Below, piece by piece: positions 15,910 through 25,866 of a stretch of DNA of 34,512 nt. The notes under the pieces were generated by a model. The model was not told the origin of the DNA. It was given only the letters and a program-made list of their open reading frames with translations, and made no database searches. Each line of letters starts with the position of its first letter. Position 1 is the stretch's first letter. The position numbers were made by a program, and so were the translations under genes. This stretch comes from a virus: the UHGV virus genome UHGV-0080856; one strand, written 5' to 3'.

Positions 15910-16565
15910 CCGTCCATATTGACCAAACCGCGATTGACCGGGCGTTTGCCGACATGGAGCCGTCCGCGGCCCGGCACAAAACCGCCCTCCGCAAGTCCGG
16001 CGTCGCCCTGAGCCTGCTCATTCAGGAAACCCTGCGCCAGCAGGGCAAGGACTACTACGACGGCGCGGCGGACGCCACGACCATGGAAGAAACCGCCGAG
16101 GGCGTCAGCGTCTCCATCGCCTGGCGCGGCATCGGTCTTCACTGGATCGGCACGCAGGGTTATCTGGGCGGGCCGCTTCGCCCCACGGGGCGCACCTCGG
16201 AAATCACCGGGAACCCGATCCGGAACCTGGCTATCCCCACCATCAACGCCCCCCGCGGCCATGGCGGGGCCCGAAGCATTTACAGCGCCGGCTTCCGCAA
16301 AGAGGACTTGCAATTCATCCCCTCCAAGAACGGAGGACGCAACGGCAATGTGACCGGCGTCCTCATCCTCAAGACGGCGCAATCAGCCACCGGAAAGAAA
16401 GCGGCCCGCAAACTGTTCCGCCAGGGAGCCAGAACGGGCGACGTGCTCTACGTGCTGTGCCGCGAAGTCACGATCCCGCCCACGCCGGGAATTCTCCCGA
16501 CGATGGACCGGATGGCGCAGCGCGCCGCGGAAACCTACCTTGCCAACATCGGAAACGAACCATGA
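15900..16565 (+). CDS. Hypothetical structural protein (221 aa)
   Basis: Overlapping start; structural operon. Confidence 0.5.
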   Translation: MAVTVHIDQTAIDRAFADMEPSAARHKTALRKSGVALSLLIQETLRQQGKDYYDGAADATTMEETAEGVSVSIAWRGIGLHWIGTQGYLGGPLRPTGRTSEITGNPIRNLAIPTINAPRGHGGARSIYSAGFRKEDLQFIPSKNGGRNGNVTGVLILKTAQSATGKKAARKLFRQGARTGDVLYVLCREVTIPPTPGILPTMDRMAQRAAETYLANIGNEP

Positions 16566-17092
16566 TCCCTTCCATCGACCAGACCATGTGCCGGCGCATC
16601 ATTGAGCGCCTGAAGAACCTGGGAGCGCTGAACTGTCACATCTTCGAACGGCCCTTCGACCCACAGTACGCCGCCAATGACATCATCATGTCGGCGATGG
16701 GCAACAACGGCGTCGTTTTGGTGTGCCCCGGGGACGCGGCAGAATACCAGGACGGGCACGGACAAACGGAAGCGCCGACGATGTGGCGTCAGTATTTCAT
16801 CATCGCCTCCATTTATCACAACGCATCCCTGTTCCCGGCGGCATGCCTGACGCCTGATTATTATCTTCGAGCGGTGGGGGACGTGATTGAAGAAGCCCTG
16901 TGGAACTGGAATCCTCTTCCCTTTTCCGCACCGGCGATGATGAAACCCAAAATCAAAGGCCGTTTTTCCTCATCCGCCATCATTGACGGCGAGAAGCGGC
17001 AAATGAACGTTTTGACCGTGGATTACCGTGTCCCGGTTAATATTAACATGAGAACCAAGCCAGAATTCTATGAACAAAGCATCAACAACTGA
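16562..17092 (+). CDS. Hypothetical structural protein (176 aa)
   Basis: ATGA overlap with the upstream gene. Confidence 0.5.
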   Translation: MIPSIDQTMCRRIIERLKNLGALNCHIFERPFDPQYAANDIIMSAMGNNGVVLVCPGDAAEYQDGHGQTEAPTMWRQYFIIASIYHNASLFPAACLTPDYYLRAVGDVIEEALWNWNPLPFSAPAMMKPKIKGRFSSSAIIDGEKRQMNVLTVDYRVPVNINMRTKPEFYEQSINN

Positions 17093-17336
17093 CAAGAAGG
17101 CCGTGCGGAAGAGCGCCCCGAAGCCGGACGAATCTTCCGAAACCGCCGGCAAAACGCCGTCCGCACCGGACGAAAAGAAGAAAACAACTGACAAGAAGGC
17201 CGTGCGGGTCATTCGCACTCGCACCGAACTGGACGGAGGGCTGGTTCTCAGCCTCTCCATGAAAACCGACACCCCGGAACTTCCCGCGCCCGTCGCGGAA
17301 GCTCTGTCCACCCTCAACCTCGTTGACATCAAATGA
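17070..17336 (+). CDS. Small Lys/Thr-rich protein with an internal 24-bp direct repeat (TTDKKAVR x2)
   Basis: acaactgacaagaaggccgtgcgg occurs at about 17094 and about 17184. Confidence 0.4.
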   Translation: MNKASTTDKKAVRKSAPKPDESSETAGKTPSAPDEKKKTTDKKAVRVIRTRTELDGGLVLSLSMKTDTPELPAPVAEALSTLNLVDIK

Positions 17337-17530
17337 GCAAAGCAACTGCAGCCAACACCGAACCGGAGAAGAAGACGGAGCAGGCCGCCGTCATCAACAC
17401 GAACATTCTCATTCTCGCCAAAGAAGTGAGGATAGGGCGCTCAACCTTCTTGAAAGGGGCGCGCATCCGTGCTACAAAAGAACTCGCTGATAAACTGGAA
17501 GCCGACGGCAAGGCATCCATCATCTACTAA
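17333..17530 (+). CDS. Hypothetical small protein (65 aa)
   Basis: ATGA overlap; clean ORF. Confidence 0.4.
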   Translation: MSKATAANTEPEKKTEQAAVINTNILILAKEVRIGRSTFLKGARIRATKELADKLEADGKASIIY

Positions 17531-17604
17531 CCATTTCAAGCACCAGGTCAACCACATACGATCCCACATTCACGAACCGCAACGTCACGCCGCAGATTAC
17601 CGGC

Positions 17605-18195
17605 GTGCTGGCGATTTTCCTCCCCGACGGCATCAAAGTGACCGAAGACGAGGGAGCTTCTTACGTCACCGGACCGGACCAGTTTCCGACGCCTCCCACG
17701 GCTCCGCCCGCCGATCCGACAGCCGGGCCTGAACAGCCCTGGGTGAGTTTCGGGCTTTTGGGGGCTTTCCAATCCGTTGCCACCCAGGTCGAAGGGGAAG
17801 TAACGCGCTTTTACGGCGGCGCGCTGGGATATCGCCAGCAGCGCAAGAACACGACGACCGGAAAGCGGATGACCTTCACCACGCCGGACATGTCTCCCGA
17901 ATGGTTCCAGCTGTCTTTCGCCCTGGGAGCGCCTCCCGCTAATGGCGAGGAATCGACCACCGTCGGACATGGCGGCGACAACAAGATCGAAGGGTATCTT
18001 CATTTCTGGTACCAAAACGACGTCGGCACGATCTATCTGGTCGGAACGGCGCATGGCGCCTTGCGCCTGCTGCAGGACCCTGAGCACACCACGGCGATTG
18101 CTTCACCACAGTTCGAGTTCGAAATGGATTACCGCGGCAAGTACCAGTTCACGCCCTCCAATGTGCAGGACGTGACGCCGACTCCGGGTTCCTGA
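17605..18195 (+). CDS. Putative major tail or major structural protein (196 aa)
   Basis: Followed by a strong intrinsic terminator, a typical attenuator after highly expressed structural genes. Start uncertain (GTG). Confidence 0.45.
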   Translation: MLAIFLPDGIKVTEDEGASYVTGPDQFPTPPTAPPADPTAGPEQPWVSFGLLGAFQSVATQVEGEVTRFYGGALGYRQQRKNTTTGKRMTFTTPDMSPEWFQLSFALGAPPANGEESTTVGHGGDNKIEGYLHFWYQNDVGTIYLVGTAHGALRLLQDPEHTTAIASPQFEFEMDYRGKYQFTPSNVQDVTPTPGS

Positions 18196-18206
18196 CGCGT
18201 TTCACC

Positions 18207-18240
18207 AGGGGGCGCGCTGCGCCCCCGCATCCTCTTTTTT
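18207..18240 (+). terminator. Rho-independent terminator: gggggcgc-gct-gcgccccc followed by a T6 run
   Basis: cagggggcgcgctgcgcccccgcatcctctttttt. Confidence 0.65.
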
Positions 18241-18309
18241 CCCAGGCAGCAGGCAGGCAAATACGATATCCGGACCGTCACGGGGCTGAACCAGTCGCTG
18301 GTCGTCCGT

Positions 18310-20265
18310 GTGGTAGATTTTCAGGGGGATCCCGTCGACATGAGCGGCGTCACCCTCCGCGGCGCTGTCCGTCTCAAGACAGGCGTCGCCGAGTTCGGCT
18401 TTTCACGCGATGACGAGGGCAACGGCGTTATTTCCTGGGCTTCGGTTCCCGCGGGCATGTGGTCCTATGACGTTTTCATGGACGACGGCAGCGAGGAAAG
18501 CCCGCTCCTCTACGGACGCTTTGTTTCTTCGGGCCGGGTGACGCCGGACTTGCCGGACGAACAGCAGGCCGTGGCGGGCGCGGTCGTCGTGCAGCTGCCG
18601 GAAGGAAGCGGCTGCGTGCAGGTCATGCTTGACAACGCGTCCAGCGCCGCCTGGTACGCGGAGCAGGCCAAAAAGTACGCCGAGAATTTTAATCTGTCCG
18701 TGGGTCAGGTCACCACCGGGGAACCGGGGACGCCCGCCAACGCGGAAGCCGTCAAGGGGTCCGAAGTGGGATCCTATCTGCTCAATTTCACGATTCCCCG
18801 CGGGGATGTTGGTCCTCAGGGACCGTCAGGCCCGCAGGGTGAACGTGGAGAAACCGGCCCCGAAGGGCCGCAAGGTCCACGCGGCGAAACCGGGGAACGC
18901 GGGCCGCAGGGCGAAACCGGGGAGCAGGGACCGAAGGGAGATACAGGACCGGCGGGGCCTCAAGGCCCGGAGGGCCCCCAGGGCCCGGAAGGTCCGGCAG
19001 GACCCCAGGGACTACAAGGGGAAAAGGGAGAGCCCGGGACGCTGACGTCCAACGTCGGCGACGTCAACATCGGGGGAGCCCTGACCGCTGAATCGGCTAC
19101 TATCAACGGGCCTCTGGTCGTCAACAACCCGGACGGAAGCGGAAGCGCCGGGACCCTGAACCAGATTTACGGAATCACCCGGTTTTATCAGTCCGTTGAT
19201 CTCCAATCGGGCGGCTGGCTGCGAGGGACATTCATGGTAGAATCCGGCATCCTGAATATTTCCCAGGGCGCCAGCTTCAACTGCGCGGGGGCGTCCACGT
19301 TTTCAAGCACCGTCAACGCCAACGGCGGCGTCAACATCCCGCTGGCCGTGGGGGCGGTAACGGACACGGCGGCGGTTAATCGCTTTTATACGTCAGGATT
19401 GGCAGGAGCTGTATCAGCGTTGGTTCAGCCTATATACCTTAATTCCAGTTCGATCACAGTCGCGGGTTCCATTTCTAAATCTTCCAACGGTACTCTTGCC
19501 GGGTTGACGCAGCGTTTTTCGGTGGGCGCGGCTTCTGCCGGGTCCAATGCGTACGGGTCAGCGGTTATTCCCCTGATAGGGCCTAACGGTCAATTTAATT
19601 ACAGTTCCGTGTGCGGATTTTCCCTTGCGGTCAACGCGACAGCCTTCGCTAAATTTACTTTTGGCATAGGCCGCGGCTCAAAAACCAACAGAACCGGGTT
19701 GACGATGGATTCTTATTCTATGATTCCGGGGAACGAGCTGGCCGTCAACCATGGGGAAATCATCGATGTTACCATCAATACTCCTTACGATACTGTCCGC
19801 AAGGGGTATGAAATCAGAGTAAGGGAAATTTTTTATGTAAAGTCCGTTGGACACTGGCAGGTGAAGACGACAACCGTATTTCTTCCGGTAGGCCATAATG
19901 AGCTGATGCCAAACGGGCTGAACAGGCTTATTTACATGCAGAGCGGGCCGCCGAGTACAGCAGTGCGGGAGGAAAAGGCGGCTCTTTATATGGAGCTGGG
20001 AGGCGGCAGTACCAATACCCTGTTCAAGATAGCTTCTCTCCGCGGCTTCATCGCTTTCGAGGCAGGAACAGGCGTAAGCACCCTGATCATCGACGCGCGC
20101 AATGAGAAAACATATGCCCTTTCAGCCGACGCGGGCACAGGCACCAGGCACCTTTATTCCAATGGATTGACCAATCCAACCTATCACGCATTGGAAGCAA
20201 TGGCCGTCAATGCTATTGAATCCGAGGAAACGGCGGATTTTGTGGATATTAACATACCTCTCTAA
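18310..20265 (+). CDS. Tail fibre protein with a collagen-like (Gly-X-Y) triple-helix region
   Basis: About 35 consecutive G-X-Y triplets ([79 protein letters not shown]), then a beta-rich C-terminal domain. Confidence 0.8.
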   Translation: MVDFQGDPVDMSGVTLRGAVRLKTGVAEFGFSRDDEGNGVISWASVPAGMWSYDVFMDDGSEESPLLYGRFVSSGRVTPDLPDEQQAVAGAVVVQLPEGSGCVQVMLDNASSAAWYAEQAKKYAENFNLSVGQVTTGEPGTPANAEAVKGSEVGSYLLNFTIPRGDVGPQGPSGPQGERGETGPEGPQGPRGETGERGPQGETGEQGPKGDTGPAGPQGPEGPQGPEGPAGPQGLQGEKGEPGTLTSNVGDVNIGGALTAESATINGPLVVNNPDGSGSAGTLNQIYGITRFYQSVDLQSGGWLRGTFMVESGILNISQGASFNCAGASTFSSTVNANGGVNIPLAVGAVTDTAAVNRFYTSGLAGAVSALVQPIYLNSSSITVAGSISKSSNGTLAGLTQRFSVGAASAGSNAYGSAVIPLIGPNGQFNYSSVCGFSLAVNATAFAKFTFGIGRGSKTNRTGLTMDSYSMIPGNELAVNHGEIIDVTINTPYDTVRKGYEIRVREIFYVKSVGHWQVKTTTVFLPVGHNELMPNGLNRLIYMQSGPPSTAVREEKAALYMELGGGSTNTLFKIASLRGFIAFEAGTGVSTLIIDARNEKTYALSADAGTGTRHLYSNGLTNPTYHALEAMAVNAIESEETADFVDINIPL

Positions 20266-20267
20266 TC

Positions 20268-20669
20268 ATGAATAATGCAGAGATACAGATACAGTTTCCC
20301 CGGCCCGGCGAGTGGGGAGAATTCACCCTGACGCCCATTTATCAGGACAAGGGCGGATATAGACCTCCGGCGCGCTATACGCAGGACGAGATACCAGCCG
20401 ACCATGCCCCGGCAATGGCCGCCGTAGTTACTGCGCTTGTGGGATTGGGTGAGGATTGGCAGGCTTCCCAAGTATGGGCGCGGTTAGGTATTACTATGAC
20501 GTATGATGTTGTGAATGATCGTAGCGAATACGTTTTTGCCGTGGATTTGACCGTGGAGGCCGTCAATCCGCAGGGCGGGCGCAGGGTATTCACTTCCCGC
20601 GACTACCCGGCTTTTATCATCACGGAACCCGCCGCCGTGGAGTTTTTCAAGCATTTCACTAAACAATAA
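20268..20669 (+). CDS. Hypothetical protein following the tail fibre (possible fibre assembly/chaperone), 133 aa
   Basis: ATG 20268 directly after the fibre gene stop. Confidence 0.45.
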   Translation: MNNAEIQIQFPRPGEWGEFTLTPIYQDKGGYRPPARYTQDEIPADHAPAMAAVVTALVGLGEDWQASQVWARLGITMTYDVVNDRSEYVFAVDLTVEAVNPQGGRRVFTSRDYPAFIITEPAAVEFFKHFTKQ

Positions 20670-20672
20670 ACC

Positions 20673-20957
20673 ATGAACATCAATAAACAAGACATTGAAA
20701 AGGCCCAGCAGGCGGCATCCGCCCGCTGGGGGAATTGGGTCAAGTACGTCATCGGTGCCATTATCGGGGCGTTGGCCGCTGCTGGCTATATCACCGTGAC
20801 TGGCTGCGGTCATTCCGTGGACGTGACGCCGGAAAAGACGGTGGTATGCAAGGACGGCTCCTGCCTGGTGCTGGAACCGGGGCATATCTCCTACAGTCAG
20901 GCCCAGCCGGAAACGGATGTTCCGCCCGTCGTGCAGGTCATCCCCTCCAAGAAATAA
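20673..20957 (+). CDS. Small membrane protein, holin-like (one TM helix, Cys-containing periplasmic tail)
   Basis: TM helix NWVKYVIGAIIGALAAAGYITV. First gene of the lysis cluster, upstream of spanin-like genes and the amidase. Confidence 0.4.
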   Translation: MNINKQDIEKAQQAASARWGNWVKYVIGAIIGALAAAGYITVTGCGHSVDVTPEKTVVCKDGSCLVLEPGHISYSQAQPETDVPPVVQVIPSKK

Positions 20958-20961
20958 GACC

Positions 20962-21213
20962 ATGTGTAAGCTCTCCGAAGTACCGGCCCGTTTCTTCGAC
21001 TTCGCCAAGGCTTTCCCCGCCTGGGCCTGCGTCATGCTCTCGCTGGCCATTTGCGGCGCTGCCTGCTGGTACATCGGGGACGTCATGGGTCACCACAATG
21101 ACCGCCTTTGTGATTTGATGACCATGCAGACACAAGCCCAGGTGGAGACCGCCAAGGCGATCCAACTGCTTGCCGTCCGAATCGAAAACATAGAAAAGAA
21201 ACTGGAAAAGTGA
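20962..21213 (+). CDS. i-spanin-like protein (N-terminal TM plus periplasmic coiled coil), 83 aa
   Basis: TM FPAWACVMLSLAICGAACWYI, then LMTMQTQAQVETAKAIQLLAVRIENIEKKLEK. Confidence 0.4.
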   Translation: MCKLSEVPARFFDFAKAFPAWACVMLSLAICGAACWYIGDVMGHHNDRLCDLMTMQTQAQVETAKAIQLLAVRIENIEKKLEK

Positions 21214-21362
21214 ATAAGCTGCTGAATCCTTCCGTTCTTTTGCCGCTGATGGGGTGCGTGATGGCCGGCGTTTTTGCCGCTTGCGGAGACACGGCGGCGG
21301 GCATTGCCGCGTTCTGCTTCCCCATTGCTAGCCTTGTGTTCCTCCGATGTGCGGAACGCTGA
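21210..21362 (+). CDS. o-spanin-like small lipoprotein (about 50 aa; lipobox L-M-G-C, four Cys in the mature part)
   Basis: GTG 21210 overlaps the i-spanin stop (GTGA coupling). The signal is MNKLLNPSVLLPLMG followed by C. Too short for the supplied ORF track. Confidence 0.3.
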   Translation: MNKLLNPSVLLPLMGCVMAGVFAACGDTAAGIAAFCFPIASLVFLRCAER

Positions 21363-21429
21363 CCAACTGTAAAGTTTTTCTTACAAGTTCCCTTTATCTC
21401 ATAGCCAATAGTTTATAACTTAATTAACC

Positions 21430-21615
21430 ATGCCGGAACGATACCTTTATTTACTCGTCATTGAAACTCCCGGACGCAAGCAGGAGATGCACATGCTGCA
21501 CAGCAGGAAGCAGCGTACAGCCTACAAAGCCCAACACGCGGAATGGCATCTCAACAGCACCTACGTGGAGTATGACTTGCCGGAACATCTTATTAACCAA
21601 TACCTGAACAAATGA
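21430..21615 (+). CDS. Hypothetical small protein (61 aa) preceding the endolysin
   Basis: ATG 21430 after an AT-rich spacer. ATGA overlap with the amidase gene. Confidence 0.4.
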   Translation: MPERYLYLLVIETPGRKQEMHMLHSRKQRTAYKAQHAEWHLNSTYVEYDLPEHLINQYLNK

Positions 21616-22142
21616 ATATCGCTTTAGACATCGGACACGCCAAAGGAACCGGAGCTCGTGGAAACGGGCTGGAAGAGCACGACGTGGCATGTGTGATAGC
21701 ACGCCATCTTTTTGCGCAGTTGAAGGATATGGGACATACCGTCCATGTTCTTGACTTTCCGGACAAAGGCAATACGGAAGACCTGAACGCCACCATCAAG
21801 GTTGCCAATGCGGACGGATACGACTTCGGTATTTCCCTGCATTGCGATTCGGCTGACAATCCCCAGGCTCATGGCGCTCATGTATGCTTTTATCCTGGAT
21901 CTGTTCAGGGAAGCCGCCTGGCCGCCTGTATCGCCGAACCTCTGGCAGACCTTCTGCCGGGACGAGCCAATACGATTCAAGCCCGGCCGGGGCTGGCCAT
22001 CCTCAAGCAGACTCGTATGCCATGGGTATTGTGCGAATGCGGGTTTATCACCAATCCTGAAAACGCCTCTATCTTGAAGGACCATCCCGGATGCATTGCC
22101 GAAGCCATTGCGGAAGGGGTGAATGACTATATCAACCAGTAA
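21612..22142 (+). CDS. N-acetylmuramoyl-L-alanine amidase (Amidase_3-type endolysin)
   Basis: ALDIGHAKGTGARGNG...ISLHCDS...CECGFITNPEN matches zinc-amidase signature positions (H/E/H and an E in the E-x-GF-x-N motif). Confidence 0.8.
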   Translation: MNIALDIGHAKGTGARGNGLEEHDVACVIARHLFAQLKDMGHTVHVLDFPDKGNTEDLNATIKVANADGYDFGISLHCDSADNPQAHGAHVCFYPGSVQGSRLAACIAEPLADLLPGRANTIQARPGLAILKQTRMPWVLCECGFITNPENASILKDHPGCIAEAIAEGVNDYINQ

Positions 22143-22148
22143 CCGCCC

Positions 22149-23663
22149 ATGACTTACCAGGCCCCCTACGCGGCGCGCTACGTTTCCGCCGCCGGCAACC
22201 AGATCCAGCTGCTCAACCTCTGGGACGATACGCCGGAGCCTCCCCGCTTCGGCGGATCTATGGAGGCATTTGAAACGTCGCTGGTAGACGGTCCCCGGGC
22301 GTTCGCGCAGGGGCTGGGAAGCGCCGTGGAGCAGCGCACCATCGCGTTTTACCGCTGGTTTACGGATTATCACGACATGGCTTCCTGGCAGGAGAACCTG
22401 GCGTTGTGGCTGGCCAGCAACCAGAACGGCTATCTGTACCTGCAGTTCTCCGACCAGCCGCAATGGCGTTTTGCCGCCGTCATCACCGGCTACCAGTTTG
22501 AGACGGAGAACTTTGTTCCTCCGCCGTCTCCCGAAGACGGCTATCTGTGCCTGCTGGTCACGCTGACCATGACGGTCACCGACCGGACCCCGGACAATTC
22601 CAACTGGATATTCAGCGTGACGCCCTCTTCTTTCGACGTACCCGTCAAGGGAGGCGAATACACCATTAATGTGGAATCGTCGTTCAGCCCTGGACCGGTA
22701 GGGCAGGGGTGGCAGATTGCCGACGTTTCCGAAGGATTAACCGTTTCCGATATCGTCAACGGCAACAACGGGACATTTAAGGTTATCGTCGCGGCCAATG
22801 AAGGAGACCAGGACAGGACCATGTCGCTCCAGGTCATTCAGGACGGAACAGGACAGACTGTTGAGGTTGAATTTCGTCAGCTTCAACCCTCTTACTCCTT
22901 CAACCTTGCTCCAACCCAGGTACAGGTTCCCGTTACTGGCGGAAGCTACCAGGTCCAGGTGACTTCCTATTATGACCCGGGGGAAGTCAGCGTTGACTGG
23001 ACGCCCAATTCTCCCAGCTCTTCCGTTGTCATCTCCGATATCACGAACGGAAATAACGGGTCCTTCACGTTAACCGCGGCCCCCAATGAAGGAGCGGCCG
23101 GCTCCGTCGTCGTTTCCGCGACACAGGCGGATTCCGGGTTAAAACAGACAATCCGCGTATTGAGGGCAGGACTGGTCACCCGAAATCATCAGCTTCCCCC
23201 GCCCGGAGGGGAATACTCGGATAATCCGATGAGTTATTCCTCATGGAGGTTTATTCCCTCGGACGTTTATCCGGACTTCCCGGAAGGCAACCCCGAAGGA
23301 AAGGGACTGACGCTGCAGGAAATCATCACGACGAAACCCACCAGCGCCAATTCCGGCACGTTAACGCTTTACCGTGTGGAAAACGGGTCTGCCTCTCTTC
23401 TGGCGACCAGCAGCGAGGCGGTTTTCACCGGAGAGGGCGGAAACGCAAAATGGACGTTTTCTCCCGGCGTGGAAATCCGTTCGGACTGGCAGCTGGTCGT
23501 AGAAAACCAGAACGGCATCTATGAGCAGCATGCCATGCTGGCCAATCCGCAGGCGTTTGACGGCCTCGGAAATGCCATCTACCCCATGCCGGCGGACGCT
23601 CCCGGGCGCACGTTCGGATTATCCCTCGTCATCCGCTACACTTCCACCGAATACCCATCTTAA
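22149..23663 (+). CDS. Virion-associated protein with two tandem Ig-like/BACON-like beta-sandwich repeats (504 aa)
   Basis: Internal repeat: FDVPVKGGEYTINVESS...VSDIVNGNNGTFKVIVAANEGDQDRTMSLQV aligns with VQVPVTGGSYQVQVTSY...ISDITNGNNGSFTLTAAPNEGAAGSVVVSATQ. The G-G-x-Y-x-[IV]-x-V and N-x-x-x-x-R/G patterns are typical of BACON/Ig-like carbohydrate-binding modules. Confidence 0.55.
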   Translation: MTYQAPYAARYVSAAGNQIQLLNLWDDTPEPPRFGGSMEAFETSLVDGPRAFAQGLGSAVEQRTIAFYRWFTDYHDMASWQENLALWLASNQNGYLYLQFSDQPQWRFAAVITGYQFETENFVPPPSPEDGYLCLLVTLTMTVTDRTPDNSNWIFSVTPSSFDVPVKGGEYTINVESSFSPGPVGQGWQIADVSEGLTVSDIVNGNNGTFKVIVAANEGDQDRTMSLQVIQDGTGQTVEVEFRQLQPSYSFNLAPTQVQVPVTGGSYQVQVTSYYDPGEVSVDWTPNSPSSSVVISDITNGNNGSFTLTAAPNEGAAGSVVVSATQADSGLKQTIRVLRAGLVTRNHQLPPPGGEYSDNPMSYSSWRFIPSDVYPDFPEGNPEGKGLTLQEIITTKPTSANSGTLTLYRVENGSASLLATSSEAVFTGEGGNAKWTFSPGVEIRSDWQLVVENQNGIYEQHAMLANPQAFDGLGNAIYPMPADAPGRTFGLSLVIRYTSTEYPS

Positions 23664-23677
23664 CAGAATAATCCATC

Positions 23678-23959
23678 ATGAACGAACAACAACAAAACGG
23701 AATAGAACGGCTTTTCGTCGAATTTGCCGAAGAATGCGGCAAGAACCCGAACCTGAACCAGGCGGCGCAGGAATTGAGGGAAAGCGTCTTTACAGCCTCT
23801 CAAGCCGCTGGAGTCGATCCCTCCCATGCCTTCGGCGTCATCATCCGGGATATGATGATTCTGGAATCCTTGCAGAAACGCGTGGAAGAATCCCGCAACG
23901 CCCTCACCGCCGGGAAACTGCCCGCTTTCGTCATCGAAGAAGCCCGCGCTCAACGATAA
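23678..23959 (+). CDS. Hypothetical small acidic protein (possible tail assembly chaperone position), 93 aa
   Basis: Precedes the long coiled-coil gene. Confidence 0.4.
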   Translation: MNEQQQNGIERLFVEFAEECGKNPNLNQAAQELRESVFTASQAAGVDPSHAFGVIIRDMMILESLQKRVEESRNALTAGKLPAFVIEEARAQR

Positions 23960-23977
23960 CCCTCCACATTTACCACC

Positions 23978-25819
23978 ATGGCAACCAAGAAAGAAATTGA
24001 AATCAAACTCAAGTCCACGCTGGACGGAAAAGGCGTGGAAGAAGCCAAACAGCAGATCGACGCGCTGAACAAGTCTACGGAGCAGTTGGATAAGGGAAGC
24101 AAGCAGGCAACCAGGAGCGTGAAGAACATGGGGCAGGGGGCCTTGCAGGCTGCCTACTTCTTCGATGACTTGCAGTACGGCATCCGGGGCATCATGAACA
24201 ACATTCCCGGGCTGGTGATAGGCTTCGGAGGCGGCGCAGGTCTGGCCGGCGCGATGTCGCTTGCCGTTCTCGCCGGAGCGAAGCTTTACGAATGGATGGG
24301 GAAAACGGAAGACAAGTCGGCGGATCTCGCCAAAAAAATGAAGGAGCATAGCAAAGAGATTGCCGAATCTTCTCGTCAGGCTATCCGGGCAAGTTATCAG
24401 GCTTTGCAGGAATTCAACCAGCAAGAACGTACCAAGACCGTTAATGAAGAGTATCAAAACTATATAAAGGGCATTACCCGGGAATTTGAATATCAGACGG
24501 AAGAGCTTGAAAAACAAATTCGCTTGAGACGTGAGGAAGCGGCCCGCCAGAAAGGCGTTGATACACGCCAGGCAGAACTTGACCGCGTCAACTTGGAGAA
24601 TGACTACCAGGAAGGAAGAATTACCAAGAGACAGCGAGATTACGGCTTGATGATGGTTGATCAGAATCTGGACCAGAAAATCAGACAGCGTGATTTAGGC
24701 GTTGAGCAGGCTAATTACATGGATATTGGCAAACAGCTTGCGGAGGCAGTCAAGGCCCGAGATGCTGCGGAAGCTCATGCTTTTGATATGCAGTTCAAAC
24801 AAGGGAACCTTCCTTCTCTTCAAAATATTCTTGGCCTTTTACAGCAGCAGGAACGTGCTCAGCGGAGTATTGATAATCTCAATAGCAAATTAGAAGAATT
24901 AGAAAAAAATGCACCGAAAATAGCAGCAGGGGTAGAAGACCCTGTAAAATATTTGAGAGAACTTCAAGACGAAAAACAGTATCTAACGTCTATTCGTGAA
25001 ACAGCGCGAGCAAGATTAAATGATACTCAATCCAAATTGAATGAATATCAGGATTTGTTAAGAGCCGGCGGCGTAAATCTTGAATTCGACTATAGCCAAG
25101 GATCTGATATAAACAGTCGCTTTAAACAAGCATCAGTTGCAGTAGAAGAGTTTAAGAAGAATACGGACGCCGCGAAAAAACAGTTTGATGATTTAACGGA
25201 GAAAGCCGGTTCTTTGGGGGATGCAATGGCTTCGACCGAAGCATCTATCAAAAACATGGAACAAATCGACGCTATTCAAAACCAAATAGACGCCGGCAAG
25301 GTTAAATCATTTAACATGCAAAGAGACAGGGAAGAAGCAGAGGAAGCCCGAAGAAATGAAGAAAAAATAAAGAAGGCTCGTGAACGGGCCGAAAGGGAGG
25401 CTCAAAAGCAGACCGCCGAGAGGCAGCAGGCGATGATCCGTGGCATTACCCTTGAAGGCGTTCCCGAGCATCCTACCGCCCAGCAACGCGCCCGGATTGC
25501 GGCTGCCCGCGAAGCTTTGAATGCAGGGAAGAAACGCCTTGCGGAAAGCATTTCGGACAAAGATACGGAAATCGACCCCAGCGAGCTTCAAGAAGTGTTT
25601 GACGTTATGAAAAACTCATTGATAGAAAGCGGACAATACACGAAAAAATTGATGGATTTCTTGAAAACCATAGCAACAGCACAGACCGCCAATGTAAATG
25701 CCATTCAAGCAGATACGAAAAAATATGTAGATGCTAAATTCGAGGAAATCTTGAAGATAGTGCAGAAGGGCAACGGAAGATTGCAAACAGGGATAAACCG
25801 GCTTGCCGGAGGCTTTTAA
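23978..25819 (+). CDS. Long coiled-coil protein with a Gly-rich hydrophobic segment (putative tape measure protein), 613 aa
   Basis: Almost entirely heptad/charged helical sequence. Hydrophobic Gly-rich stretch IPGLVIGFGGGAGLAGAMSLAVLAGA near the N-terminus. The 3' two-thirds are markedly AT-richer than the genome. Confidence 0.45.
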   Translation: MATKKEIEIKLKSTLDGKGVEEAKQQIDALNKSTEQLDKGSKQATRSVKNMGQGALQAAYFFDDLQYGIRGIMNNIPGLVIGFGGGAGLAGAMSLAVLAGAKLYEWMGKTEDKSADLAKKMKEHSKEIAESSRQAIRASYQALQEFNQQERTKTVNEEYQNYIKGITREFEYQTEELEKQIRLRREEAARQKGVDTRQAELDRVNLENDYQEGRITKRQRDYGLMMVDQNLDQKIRQRDLGVEQANYMDIGKQLAEAVKARDAAEAHAFDMQFKQGNLPSLQNILGLLQQQERAQRSIDNLNSKLEELEKNAPKIAAGVEDPVKYLRELQDEKQYLTSIRETARARLNDTQSKLNEYQDLLRAGGVNLEFDYSQGSDINSRFKQASVAVEEFKKNTDAAKKQFDDLTEKAGSLGDAMASTEASIKNMEQIDAIQNQIDAGKVKSFNMQRDREEAEEARRNEEKIKKARERAEREAQKQTAERQQAMIRGITLEGVPEHPTAQQRARIAAAREALNAGKKRLAESISDKDTEIDPSELQEVFDVMKNSLIESGQYTKKLMDFLKTIATAQTANVNAIQADTKKYVDAKFEEILKIVQKGNGRLQTGINRLAGGF

Positions 25820-25866
25820 CCAGCTTTTAGGCTTGCACTAACGCCCATTTATAACACCATACCGCT

